NCBI GenBank assembly: GCA_951406725.2 | Contig: OX597815.1 | Location: 178,684,001 to 178,748,000 of the forward strand | Source: Octopus vulgaris | Taxonomy: Eukaryota | Direction of reading: 5' to 3' | DNA length: 64,000 nucleotides | In this document: positions 1 to 13,409 of the stretch, one piece after another | Position numbering within the stretch: the first letter of the stretch is position 1 | Layout: every line of letters starts with the position of its first letter | Program-made: the position numbers and the translations under genes | Notes under the pieces: generated by a model | Told to the model about the DNA's origin: nothing | Databases searched by the model: none | The model's input: only the letters and a program-made list of their open reading frames with translations

Positions 1-937
1 TCATTACATTGCATGGTCATGCTGGGGCACTGCTTTCAAGGATTCTTAGCTGAATGAATCAATCCTCAGCTTTTATTTTTGTAAAAGCTGATACTCATTT
101 TATCATTCTCTATGCTGACGAGCTAAGTTATGGAGACATAAACACACCAACACCAGCCATTAAGCATACACACACACACACACACACATTTATTTTGCTT
201 AGGCATTGTGAGACTCTTAACCTGGTGTAGAACTCAATATGTGTGTGCTTCAGAACAAAGTGTTACAGGAGTATAGAGTCGTCATCATCATCATCGTCGT
301 TTAACGTCCGTTTTCCAAGCTAGCATGGGTTGGACGGTTCGACCGGGATCTGGGAAGCCAGGAGGTGCACCAGGCTCCAGTCTGATCTGGCAGTGTTTCT
401 ACAGCTGGATGCCCTTCCTAATGCCAACCACTCTGTGAGTGTAGTGAGAACTTTTTAGGTGCCACTGGCACAGGTGCCTGTGCCAGGGGAGGCTGGTAGC
501 AACCACGATCAGTTGGTGCTTTTTATGTGCCACCGACACAGGTATCACAACTACAATTTCCATTTGGGTTTTTGATGTTGATAGTGAAGTAATTGACTCA
601 ATAGGCCTCCTCAAGCACAGCAGGTCGCCCTACAATCCAATGTAAGCACAGCAGGTGTTAGGAAGGGCATCCAGCCATATAAAACCATACCAAAACAGAC
701 AACTGGAGCCTTGTGCAGCTCCCGTCAAACCATTCAATCCAAGCCAGTGTGAGAAACAGACATTAAACAATGATGACGAATCCTGAGACACAGTAAGTTT
801 AACATAATCTTTTTCTGGGGTTTATCAAAAGCATAACTTTCATCCTCTAGGGTGCACAAGGATATAATTTCTTTTTAAGCAGCATCCACCATGCCAAGAA
901 ATATGGTGTCTCATACTGTGGTTGAGGATCTAGAACT

Positions 938-1619
938 TCATCTCCAGTTGGCTATATGACACGATCTGTGTTCTTATGTTTTCAAACAAGGGAATGTAGT
1001 ACCCCCACTCAGCTCAAAACAATATCTGTGTATCATGATTTCCAGGTTATTTCCCTTCATCAGCATAGAATAATTGTCCGGCTAGAAGTGGCGCTGCCAA
1101 ATTCTCGTTCGAAATATATAGTTTTCAAAGTGACAGCTAGTCACTGATCTATAAATTAGAAAATTACTATATGTAAATCTTACAATGAGAGATATTCAGC
1201 AACAGTACTTTGTAGTAAAGATTGTTTGCCAACATAACATGGCAGTCCTGGTTTAGGACGAATGTTGCTGTAATTTAGCCCCAGGAAACATCGTCTCCAG
1301 CTATATATTTCGAACGGGAATTTGGCAGCACCACCTCTAGCCGAACAATTATTCTGTACTGAGAAGAGAAATAACTCGGAAATCGCAATACACAGACACT
1401 GTTTTGAGCTGAGTGGGGGTGCTAGATTCCCTTGTTCGAAAATATATCGACACAGACCATGTCGTACAGCCAGCTGGAGATGATGTCTCTAGGGGCTAAA
1501 TTACAGCAACATTCATCCTAAACCAGGACTGCTATGTTATGTTGGCAAACAATCTTTACTCCAAAGTACTGTTGCTGAATATCTCTCGTTGTGAGATTTA
1601 CAAATAGTAATTTTCTAAC
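938..1619. mobile_element. Penelope-like non-autonomous element remnant with interleaved inverted repeats A-B-A'-B'
   Basis: 938-1120 is the reverse complement of about 1301-1482, and 1156-1301 is the reverse complement of about 1472-1619. Each A arm holds an HHR-like motif. Confidence 0.65.
1025..1069 (-). ncRNA. Minimal hammerhead-like motif (degenerate; inverted sister at 1353-1396 +)
   Basis: tctatg-CTGATGA-agggaaataacctg-GAAA-tcatga-TA|cacaga. Stem III is the palindrome ATCATGAT; stem I pairs 5 of 6. Confidence 0.6.
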
Positions 1620-3171
1620 CAGCAGAGGTGTTTAAAAACATAGCTTCAAAAAAAAAAAAAAAAGATTGTAGCTGTACATATTAAAATAGATATTTAGCCA
1701 AATAGGGCTGAAAGTAAATAAATAACAACAATTTCAATATACAAGTTTAAATGATAAATTCATGCAGATTGAAAGAAAAATTCACAGCTGTGGAAGAATT
1801 TACAAGCACATACATGTGTACAGTTTGGTGCATATATGTATGTATATTTCTCACACACATTAGAGAGAGAAAAAATAAAGAAAGAGAGTGGAGAAGTAGA
1901 AGCAACCCAGAAGCATTAGTTTGTGATGCACCATGTGACACCATGTTAATAATATAGTTTGATAGAAGCCTTAAAACCAAACCTATGGAAGACTGGGTGT
2001 CGTCTATTGACAGCACGCAACAGAAAAAAAGTAGTTGTTAGCAGGAAGATCTAATTTCAATGAGTTAGTCAATAAGAGGATAGTATATACTCTATAGATT
2101 TCAAGATAAAACAGCTCAACACAACAACAGCAACAAAAACAACAACACTCACTTCTATCTTGGTAACAAGATAACAATATTTAAACTGCAGGTTTTAGGT
2201 TAGAAGCAAATGTGATCTGGCTCAATGGATATGATATTGGAGTTTTGTGCATGAATTGGGGTACAGCCTGCTGTTGGCTGGGTTTCTAACTTTTATCTCT
2301 GGCCATGCTGGGGCACCACCTTGAAAAATTTTAGCCAAACATATCAAGCCCAGAACTTTAACTTTTTTTTGTTTAAAGCCTGGTACATATTCTATTATCC
2401 TCTATTTGCTGAACCACTAAGTTATGAGAATGTAAGCACACCAACATAGGTTATTAAGTGGTGAAGGGGACAAACAGACACACAATGGACTTCTTTCAGT
2501 TTCCATCTACCAAATCCACTCACAAGGCTTTGGTTGGCCTGAGGCTATAGTAGAAGACATTCACCTAAGGTGCCACGCTGTGGGACTGAACCCAGAACCA
2601 TGTGGTTGGGAAGCAAACTTCTTACCACACAGCCATATAGAACACTATATTTAAAAGTGCCATAAACGAGTTAACCATCAGGAGTAGGAAGCAGATCATC
2701 AAGGGATTGTTTAGCTTTGAACCAGAGATCACCTGTTATATGCCTACCTGCCTTGGCTTTGGACATAGGTTCCAACTGCAATGGTCAACTGTATGAGTGA
2801 GTGAAGGTGTGTAACCATTCATGAAAAGCCTGTCATCACACAGACTCCAACACCTGGTGCCATGTGAATAGAGCTCTCATTCGTTCATAAGATAGTACTT
2901 AACTGTAAATAGGATTAGGGGCAGTTCATACGAGGAAACAGGGGCAGCAATCTGCAAATTAACAAGTGTTTGCTGCTAACTTATGACGCTGAGTTCAAAA
3001 CTGTCTTAGAGACCAATAGAGACAAAATGAATATTCTTACACTAAACCTTTTTAAAATCAATTCCATGATTCCTACACAGTTCATTTTCCTGATATTTGT
3101 ACATAATTCAATGCACCTTTCATGAATTGTAGTGCACCAGAGAACTATACACAATGATTTCATTATTATTA

Positions 3172-3378
3172 TTTTCTTTGCACAGCTTCTAATGCTGGAG
3201 ATGTACTACGGTGTTAGCTGTCCACTACCAGCGAACTAAGGTAACTCCTCTTATTTTACGAGCACCTTCCTGAGTATTCGAGCAGTTCTAAGCAGTGCTG
3301 TTTTCTGAAAGTGCTCCACCCTTATTGCAGCCCCTATTTGTTCCATGCATTTCTCAAGATTTTTACTCACAGCTCCAC
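3172..3378 (-). mobile_element. R4/Dong-clade (RLE-type) non-LTR retrotransposon 3' end
   Basis: The minus strand translates GAVSKNLEKCMEQIGAAIRVEHFQKTALLRTARILRKVLVK*, the typical R4/Dong C-terminal motif (QKxxLLGTARILRKVL). It ends in (TAA)n. Confidence 0.75.
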
Positions 3379-4941
3379 GCCGCCTTCATTATATCATTAT
3401 TATAAAAACTTTGAAGACTTGAACTCAGGACTATGAATTAGGAGCTTCTTTAATTAGAGAGAGTATGTCTGCACGTTTCTTAAGATGCCAGTGTCGCCTG
3501 ATTGGCCCCCCCCCCCATGCTGGTGGCACATAAAAAGCACCCACTACACTCTCGGAGTAGTTAGCGTTAAGAAGGGCATCAAGCTGTAGAAACCTTGCCA
3601 GATTAATTTGGAGACTGGTGCGACCTCCTGACTTGTGGTTGTGATCTCTGTGCTGGTGGCACATAAAAAGCACCATCTGGATGTGGTCGATGCCAGCCCC
3701 CTTGCCTCAAGGGCTTCTGTGCCATGCCACATAAAAAGCACCATCCAAACATGGCCAATGCCAGCACTGCCTTGACTGCTCCCATGCCAGTATCACGTGA
3801 AAAGCACCCACTACACTCTCAGAATGGTTGGTGTTAGGAAGGTCATCCAGCTGTAGAAACATTGCTAGATCAGACTGGTGCCTGGTGCAGCCTCCTGGCT
3901 TGCCAGTCCCCAGTCAAACCGTCCAACCCATGCCAGCATGGAAAACGGACGTTAAATGATGATGATGATGTTTTGTGTAGCAGCAACTGAGACTCCTTCG
4001 TTCAACAATCTATTTAAAGTCCTTAAAATGGTTTAATTTCTAAATATAGGATGCAATAAAAATGAGATGGCCATAGACAAGATCATATTTGTCCAAAGAT
4101 CAGCCAGAAAGTCTACCAATGCAAAAGTGACTGGATCCACTCAGAAACGTGTAAGCTTGGCAAGGTATTGTGTTTTACGTAATGATTAAGTGTAATTAGG
4201 AGGGTCAATAAATTAGGTGGGTCAACCATAGCATTTTCCCCAGAAACTTCTCGTTGCCAAATATTGTGACTTCCATGGAGGTGCAAACACAATTATTCAC
4301 ACAACCAAATGTTAGGAAAGTTATCTTCTCCAATCTCTTTTAACTCTTTTACTTGTTTCAGTCATCTGACTGTGGCCATGCTGGAGCACTGCCTTTAGTC
4401 GAAGAAATCAACCCCAGGAATTATTCTTTGTAAGCCTAGTATTTATTCTATCAGTCTCTTTTGCCGAACCGCTAAGTTACGGGGACATGAACACACCAGC
4501 ATCGGTTGTCAAGCAATGTTGGGGTGACAAACACACACACATATAGGAGTGTGGTAAGTAGCTTGTTCACCAACTACATGGTTCCAGGTTCAGATCCACT
4601 GCATGGCACCTTGGGCAAGTGTCTTCTACTGACCAAAGCCTTGTGAGTGGTTTTGGTAGAAGGGAACTGGAAGAAGCCCATCATGTGTGTATATATATAT
4701 ATATGTATATATATATATACATGTATGTATTTGCACCCCCCCCCCACTATCACGTGACAATCGATGCTGGTGTGTTTATGACCCCATAACTTAGCTGTTT
4801 GGCAAAAGAGAGCAATAGAATAAGTACTAGGCTTACAAAGAATAAGTCCTGGGGTTGATTTGCCCGACTAAAGGTGGTGCTCCAGCATGGCCACAATCAA
4901 ATGACTGAAACAAGTAAATGAATAAAAAAAATTAGTAAAAG

Positions 4942-5135
4942 TCATGTTTCACATACAAATACGTCGATGTAAACAATGTGATTTCTAGACAGCAAAAACA
5001 GGTAAATGGGTGAATGTGCATATTTCAGAAGTTAAGGAGCAACGACGCCTGAACTGTGCATTATACACTCATTACCTGTTTTTGCTGTCTTTAATCACAT
5101 TGTTTACAAAAGATGTATTCGTATTTGAAACGTCA
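4942..5135. repeat. Imperfect ~190-bp inverted repeat (foldback/MITE-like)
   Basis: TGTAAACAATGTGATTTCTAGACAGCAAAAACAGGTAA pairs with TTACCTGTTTTTGCTGTCTTTAATCACATTGTTTACA. Confidence 0.8.
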
Positions 5136-8059
5136 CAACTTGCAGTGCTGACCCTGTAAGAAATCTGTAGAGATAGACTCAGAAATGAAAACAAAGGCAC
5201 AATATTGACTTATAAACCTTATATTTGGGGGTATATTACTGTTGCACAGTCATATAAGGTAGGAACGGGGGAAACCCCTGTCCGTGGGCACAATTGCACC
5301 TGCAGGCTGGTATACTTGTATGTACAAAATATAGTAAATTTTTCAATTATGAAATTTATACAATACTCATCTGCCTCTTTGCGACAAAGGTCGCGTTTCC
5401 ACTACGATTTAAAACGGTCAGACTCGAACAGAAAATCGTCCGGTAATTACCATTTGAATGGAAATTTTGTTTTCACTATAAAACACATATTGCTAGGTTT
5501 ATACCACCCGCTTAAGACCTAACTACACTCTGGCTGAAAACTATAGAATACTTCATAAGTAATATAAACATCCAAAATTTAGTGGCAGCGTTAATGAAGA
5601 TGTTACATGTTAATTTAATGAGTTAAACTTATCTTTATTAACGTAAATCGAATTATACGTATATATACACAAGATTTACACAGATATAAGAATTAGAACT
5701 TGTGATCTGCCTTGGGCCCTTTTCTTTGGAAATTTCTGCCCACCGCACTAAAAAGTTTCCCCACCCCTGATTTAAGATGAACCTACCAGCAATGAAAATG
5801 ATCTTAGTGCTTAAAGCTCGACACAAATTACATGAATGAGCAGTTTTTAAATTCTTTAAAATAATTTCTCTTATAAATACATGATGTGGTAGGGAGGGAG
5901 AAGCAAGACAAGTTGGAAAATATCCTCTCCCAAAAGTGAAGCAGCCAATTCTAACTATGAGATCAAAACAATCATCATCATCATTGTTTAACGTCCGTTT
6001 TCCATGCTGGCATGGGTTGGACGGTTTGACAGATCTGGGAAGCCAGAAGGCTGCACCAGGTTCCAATCTGATTTAGCAAAGTTTCTACAGCTGGATGCCC
6101 TTCCTAATGCCAACCACTCCAAGAGTGTAGTGGGTGCTTTTACGTGCCACTGGCATGAGGGCCAGTCAGGTGATACTGGCAACAACCACACTCAAAAAAG
6201 TGTCTTTTACGTGCCACCTTCATGGGAACCAGTCCGGTGGCACTGGCAACGACCATGCTCAAATGTTGCTTTACACCTGCCACTGGCACATGTGCCAGTA
6301 AGGTGACACTGGCAATGATCACACTTGAATGTTGCTTTTTACATATCACCGGCACAGGAGCCAGTCAGTGGCCCTGGCAACAATCACGCTTGGATGGTGC
6401 TTTTAACATTGAAGTAAGGGAGGTGATAAGGGGCTCATACAAATTAGCTAAGTAGACAGGGTAGAAATATCCACATACACTAAAGACAAATTATTAAGGG
6501 ACACCTACATACATTTGCACACAATGTAATAAAATGTTTTGTTTTTTTTCCCCTGCCTTTTTTGTTAGTAGAGAAAACTGTTATCAATGTAGTAAATGAA
6601 GCTGATTAACAGTGAAAAATTAGTAAAGGTGCATAAAAACTTTCTTTTTAATTTTTGTAGAAGGTTTCTAAGCAACCTTGACGAAGGAGCACCACAAGCT
6701 TAAATATGAAGTAGTAAATGTAGATAAAACTCTGTAAAGGGCTATCACTCACCAAATGTACTTAACGTATTCACTTGTTTATACATTAATAATCTAAGAA
6801 TTTGAAAGAAAATATATGTTCAGCTTTGCTAACACACAAACATTGGTGCAAACACACAGACTTCTTCTGACGTGTCGAGATATTATTTAAAACTGTTTCA
6901 TGCAGGTGAAAATTTCATAATCTGAAATGTTGAACTTGCTGATTTCAAAACCCCTGCATTTCCACAAAATATACACAGATCAAAGGGTTTGAACTCAGTG
7001 CTAACAAAACACTTAAACCCATTTTGCAATCTTATTTCATTAAAAAAAAAAAAAAAAAACTTTTTTCAGTTAATTTTGAAAATCAAGAATTTGGAAGAAT
7101 TTAGAAAATTATCCAATGTTTCATTAATTGATATATTAAATTTAAAAGTGTGATGGAATAGTTTCTCTTAAATATTATGGTATATCACAGTATTGACCAG
7201 GCTATCAGATATCGCTGTACATCGCTGGTCACAATGCGCTTGGCATTGTTTTAACTTTTGAATGACACTACTCAGCTGGCGAGGCGAGCAGGCCAACATT
7301 GCCGTTGATCAGAATGACCAGTCTATCACAGGGTGACCCATTTACAACTGAATGGACTGGACCTATGGGAAATGAAGTGTTTTGCTCAAGAACACAACAT
7401 GCCGCCCAGTCTTGGAATTGAACCCTGATCGAGCAGTCATGGGTGCAATATTCTAAACATTCATTTAAATACAAATGCTTTGAAACAGACGACTGTGTAA
7501 GGGACACTCACAGAGCTATTTATGCAAGGTTCTCATTTTTAACAGTAAGCTGGTGTCTACCCAGGGTTAAACAGGAAGAGGTTGGGGTTTTGAGAAAGAT
7601 GAAATGATACAAAGAGCCTCTACTCTTCAACCCTTAAGACAACTCCATGTTGGTTCAGTTGCAACAATTATTTCCAAATGAAGCCAATACTGTTAATTCT
7701 TATGCTTAATTACAAGAATCAACATCACAGATTTAAGAAAATATCAGGAGTTCAGCCACTGATAGGTGACAGAAGATTTTAAAAAAGGGGTTTTCTAACT
7801 GAATGGAGAAAGAGACAGAGAGAGAATCCCTTTCAATTTCACAGTGCATATTGTATATAGACTTATTTCAACCCATTTCTATTGTGAATGTAGGGGAAAG
7901 ACGAATGGATGTATAGCAATTTCTGTTGACTAGGCACACACAAGCAATGGGTGTTGAGATAATACATTTCCTAAATGCACTATTAACATAATTAAAGCAA
8001 GATGGTTATGCTCACAAATAATAATTGCTCACACAAGCAGACAGCAAACAAATTTGATA

Positions 8060-8860
8060 GTGAAAAGCACACATGCTCTCTCCACAGCGCTAATATCAAG
8101 AAGTCTTCTTGTGAACGTGACCTGGGCATTACTGTCAGCGGCGATTTGCACTGGACAAAGCACATCTCTAAAATTGTCAAGAAGGCTGAGGGTGTCTTCA
8201 CATCACTCAGCAAGACCTTTGTCAGCTGCTCTCCGGTTATCTATTTAAGACTGTATATGGCCATGGTACAGCCACTCTTGGAATTTGCATCACCAGTCTG
8301 GTACCCCTGTACAGCTCTGGACATTGACTTCTTGGAAACTGTTCAGAGTCATGCTACCAAGTGAATACCCTCCATCACGCATCTACCATAATCTGAACGC
8401 CTTGCTTCCCTGGGCATAGATACATTGAAACTCCGGCATCTGGCAACCGACTTGCTAAACACCCACAAAATTATTAACCATCGTACCAACAACCACTTTG
8501 AGCACCTTTTTGAGCTTCTTATGTCTAACACATGTGGGCATGCCTACAAAGTCAGAAAACAGCACAGCTCCCATGACTTAGGGAAACATTTTTGCACACT
8601 CAGAGTTGCTGAAGCATGGAACAAACTACCTGCATTAGTTGTTAGCTGCCAAGACATTGCATCCTTTAAAACTGCCATGCTTCCTGAAATTCGCCAACAC
8701 TACACCTCATATCCACCCCACTCCATGCACATGCACACATGTATATCGTGACTCGTACACTGTTCACTTTCCTGACATTTGTACACAATTTTATGTACTG
8801 TACATGCACCTTTGATGAGTTGTAGTGCACCTGAGCACTATACACAATAATTTCATTATC
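8060..8860 (+). mobile_element. CR1/L2-group LINE 3' fragment (RT C-terminal region + 3' UTR), decayed
   Basis: ERDLGITVSGDLHWTKHISKIVKKA...VQPLLEFASPVWYP...LETVQSHATK, then HFCTLRVAEAWNKLP, with in-frame stops. Ends in tttcattat. Confidence 0.88.
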
Positions 8861-9756
8861 AAATTAATTGAATGGATCCATACACAAAACTAGAGCTTTT
8901 TGATACAAGCTCAAAAAGATGTGATCACAAAATATAAAGGAACAGAACCAAAAGTTTCAAAAATATTTACAGAAACATTCTACACATTATGCCAAATATG
9001 TCAGCCCAAGAATTCTAATCAAAAGTTTTCTTTAAAATTTGCTGCAAAACAATTCCGAATATATCAATTTCTGGAAATGACAGCTTACAATATTGACTTG
9101 AGAAGCAACCTCAACGGTTTAAAATGTATGTATAGCAACAGGTAATAGTTTACATGATATCCTTTCCTTTTATCTATGTCACAACGGAAATATAAAATTA
9201 ATGATAAATCCCACGAAATGGAAAGAATTTTCCATTCAGCCTTGTGTCTACGAATCGAGGATCAATTCAAGGGAGACAACCAATGGCTTACTTGATAAAC
9301 TATTTCTCAACATGACAAGATTGAGCAACCAACGATAAAAGAACCGAGATTGGCGACTTTCTAATGAGGTTTCCTAATTAGAGACAGACTCTGGCATCTA
9401 ACTAGGACGTAGGAGTTCGATTCTGGCAGGGTTAAATTAGACGCAATGTCTATATTTTAGGTGCTGGGTAACTAATTTGGTTACAAGTTGCAACTTTGCT
9501 TCCTTAATATTGGTAAAAGAAAAAAGTTCTGCATTTAAGGGATTTTATTATTCTTTTACATGTTTCAGTCATTTGACTGCGGCCATGCCGGTGCACCGCC
9601 TCTAGTCGAGCAAATCGACCCCAGGACTTATTCTTTGTAAGCCTATTAACTTATTCTATCGGTCGATTCTTGCCGAACCGTTAAGTTACAGGGACATAAA
9701 CATACCAACCTTGGTTGTCAAGCGATGGCTGGGGGGAACAAACACAGACACACAAG

Positions 9757-9795
<39 letters not shown>

Positions 9796-10135
9796 GACAG
9801 GCATCTTTCAGTTTCCATCTAACAAATCCACTCACAAGGCTTTGGTCGGCTGGAGGCTATAGTAGAAGACACATGCCCAAGGTGCCATGCAGTGAGACTG
9901 AACCTGGAATCATGTGGTTGATAAGCAAGCTACTTACCACACAGCCACTCCTGCGCCTATTATTATTATTATTATTATTTTCAAAAAAGCCATTAAATCC
10001 TTAATTTTCCTTGGCTGATAGTCAACATCTAATCTTGTTCTATGATTGAGCAATTAGCAGTAGAAAGGGCAGCCAAACAATAGATAAACCCTACTAATTG
10101 AACCCCTTTTTAATTCAAACAAAGTGAATAACTTA

Positions 10136-10398
10136 TTTACATTATTTACATTTGGTGGATTTTTGTCCTCATCTTGTTTGTTGTTAACACAACATTTTGG
10201 CTGATATACCCTCTAGCCTTCATCAGGTGTCTTGGGGAAATTTCAAACCTGGGTTCTCATTCCTAAGGTATTTTTTAATGTTATTATTATTATTATTATT
10301 CAACTCACTGCCTGGAATCGAACTCGGAATCTTAGGGTTAGTAGTCAGCGCTCTTAACCACTACACCATATACCCATGGGCATATGGCATAGTGGTTC
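10136..10398 (-). mobile_element. Copy of the tRNA-head/hammerhead foldback element (one full arm plus the start of the second)
   Basis: Same sequence as 22630-23130. Palindromic centre CCCATGGG at 10373-10380; HHR at 10186-10231(-) with GAAA changed to AAAA. Confidence 0.8.
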
Positions 10399-10550
10399 AG
10401 CTTTCTAAAGTTTTGTTTTTTTACCACTAGTAAGCCTAGCTACCCATCACTCTCTCAAAAGCGTGAATGGTTTGATGGTACTTCCATCCAGATAGATTAT
10501 TCTTACCAAAAAATAGAAATAAATAAAAAACAAATAAAAACATAATGTAC

Positions 10551-10708
10551 CTTGGAATAAGCTGCCGATGCCGACATATACAGTGTAGAATTTTCTTTAT
10601 TGCTGTCATAACAGGGTCCCAGTTTTCATAGTATGTTAGCAGAGTCAATGCAAAGAATGACAAAAACACTGGTATAGATCCAACATAAAACATCCACGTG
10701 TAAGAAAC
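10551..10708 (-). CDS. SLC35F5: SLC35F5 coding exon 11 (a further stop-containing exon is expected but not located)
   Basis: VSYTWMFYVGSIPVFLSFFALTLLTYYENWDPVMTAIKKILHCICRHRQLIPR resembles recalled human [52 protein letters not shown]. ccacag acceptor, AG|gtacat donor, 158 nt, phase 0-2. Confidence 0.93.
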
Positions 10709-12119
10709 CTGTGGTTAAAAGAAGTGCAAAAAAAATTTAATTTTTTAAAATTAATTTCATGCTTTAAACTTCCCAACAACCTTATTAAGCTCCCAATTTC
10801 CAGCCCCAGTCCTGTTCACCTCAAACACTACACGAAGGGCTGGTGAATAGTCAAATTTTCTATTTCATATATCCCTCATCTTTTCCATCAGTAGTCACCA
10901 GTTACTTTGAGTTGTCTCAAACATTCTGAATACAATCACAAATACTATACTTTGTAATATATTGAATTTAAAATCCCTTGAATGAAAAAAGGTTCAAAGG
11001 CTGCCCACAGGGTCCAAACCACATATATATATATGTGTGTATATATACATAATTTGAGGGAATATTATTCCTAACTTACAGGGAAAAATTCAATTTAGAA
11101 ATACTAAATCAAATTTCACAAAATATAATATATATATATATAAAACTTAGAAAGAAACCACCTTTTATCAATTCAAAATGAACAATTAAATTACACCATC
11201 TAAAAAATTACATATAATAGAAATATTAAAGATAAAATAACTATAATATACGATGATTAAGTAAATTGCAAAATGATAATAAAAACATATATATTTGGTA
11301 GAATATATATATATATATATATACACACACATTGGGCCTCACAGAGATGATGACAAGTGACTGAGACCTGAGAAAATATGCTGTATGTGAGAAGACTCGT
11401 CAGGCCAAGTGGAATCATCGTTATGGTCATTGCCGGTGCAATGTAGAATGGCAACCATGAATTGTAGTACTGGTCGTTGCCAGTGTCTTGTAAATGGCAC
11501 CCATTACACTCCTGGAGTGGTTGGCATTAGGAAGGGCATCCAACTGTAGAAAACCATGCCAAATCAGACTGGAACCTGGGCTCCAATTATCTGTTTTGGC
11601 CTGGTTTCTATGGCTGGATGCCCTTCCTGATGCCAACCACTTTACAGTGTTTACTGGGTGCCTTTTACAGGGTACCCTCAACTACAGGGTCACCAAGTAC
11701 CTTGCGCAGCTAGAGGCACCTGTCAGAATGGTGTACTGAGTGGCCAAAAAAGTCCAATCTCATTGTCATCATAAATATTTCAATGTCCATTATTCCATGC
11801 TGGTAAAACCTGAATCCGAAGAAAGAACATCATACTGCTACGTCTCTTGATAATGTCATTTCTTCTCTGAGAACTGCTTATCGATCTTACTTCCATTCTT
11901 TTATCTCATTCTTGGTTCTTGTCTGCTGCCAGAATCTTGCACTGGCAGAAAACACTGCACTATGTCCAAGTCAAATTTACAATAACAACCAAACTAAAAT
12001 TCTCAGTCATTCTGCATTTTATGTCTGATTTTCCGTGCTAGCATGGGTTGTATGGTTTTATTGAAGCTGTATTTTATAAGGGAATCCCCTTATTGTTGCC
12101 AACCATTTTAGTCATCTTA

Positions 12120-12640
12120 GCGCAAGTGAGACCATAACCGTGTGGCCTATGCCAGGGGTGTAACCAGTCCACTTATGCACGCTTTTCCTTCATTGGTCAC
12201 TAAACTCTGCTTGCGAAGACCTGTTGAGGCAAGTGAAATCGAAATCAAACTCAGTGACTGGCATCCGTTGCTGGTGGAGTGTTAAAGTACCATACGAGTG
12301 AGATCGTTGCCAGAGCAACAATCTGGCCTTCGTGCCGATAGCACGTTAAAAACACCATTCGAGCGAGATCGTTGCCAGTGCCGCTGGACTGGCTCCTGTG
12401 CAGGTGGCACGTAAAAAGCACCATTTGAGCGTGGCCGTTGCCAGTACCACCTAACTGGCTCTCGTGCCGGTGGCACGTAAAAGCACCCACTACACTCTTG
12501 GAGTGGTTGGCATTAGGAAGGGCATCCAGCTGTAGAAACTCTGCCAGATCAGATTGGAGTCTGGTTCGCCAGCCCTCAGTCAAATCGTCCAACCCATGCT
12601 AGCATGGAAAGAGGACACTAAACGATGATGATGATGATGA
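12120..12640 (+). mobile_element. (GAT)n-tailed RTE-type 3'-UTR repeat, long copy with four ~60-bp internal units
   Basis: Repeated GTGCCGGTGGCACGTAAAAAGCACC units followed by the conserved 3' block and (GAT)n. Confidence 0.8.
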
Positions 12641-12849
12641 GGTGTACTTCCAGGACTGACTGGATCAGTACAGATCAATATAGATAAGTAACCCTTTGAG
12701 ATAAAATATGCCATATGAAAAAGTACTAACTTAATGGTGGCGGTAAATGATAGAGATGGCTTATGAAAGATTTGGGAAAGAGATCAGACATGAAAACATG
12801 ATGACAAAGTAAAGACACATTGAGATATTCAGAACTATAGAGGTGAAAT

Positions 12850-13207
12850 CATCGTCATCATCATCATCACTTAACATCCGCTTTCCATACTTGCATGGGT
12901 TGGACGATTTGACTGAGGACTGGCGAACCAGACTCCAATCTGATCTGGTAGAGTTTCTACAGCTGGATGCCCTTCCTAACGTCAACCACTCCGAGAGTGT
13001 AGTGGGTGCTTTTACGTGCCACCGGTACAAGGGCCAGTTTGGTGGTGCTGGCAATGGCCATGCCCAAAAGGTGCCCTTCATGTGCCACCTGCACAGGAGC
13101 CAGTCCAGCAGCACTGGCGACGACCTCGCTTGAATGTTTCATGTGCCACCAGCACAGGTGCTAGTAAGGCAACACGGTAACGATCATGCTCAAATGGTGT
13201 GTTTAAC
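12850..13207 (-). mobile_element. (GAT)n-tailed RTE-type 3'-UTR repeat, inverted relative to 12120-12640
   Basis: Highly similar reverse complement of about 12290-12640. Confidence 0.8.
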
Positions 13208-13409
13208 ATATAAGGATAAGAAAAAGAATTGGAAAAACTAAATGTTAAAATCCTGAAAATGACATATGGTGATAATATACAAACAATTTTATTTACATGT
13301 GGTTTACATACTCAAGGCGATGCCCCAGCATGGCCACAGTTTAATAACTGAAACAAGTAAAAGATAAAAGATAAATGAGAAAACGAGAAGAAAATGTAAA
13401 TGTTCTTAC

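Noticed and set aside
6004-6306. Recurrent peptide FLQLDALPNANH in many ORFs, suggesting a gene family
   Set aside because: It is the antisense translation of the high-copy (GAT)n-tailed repeat, with frames broken variably between copies.
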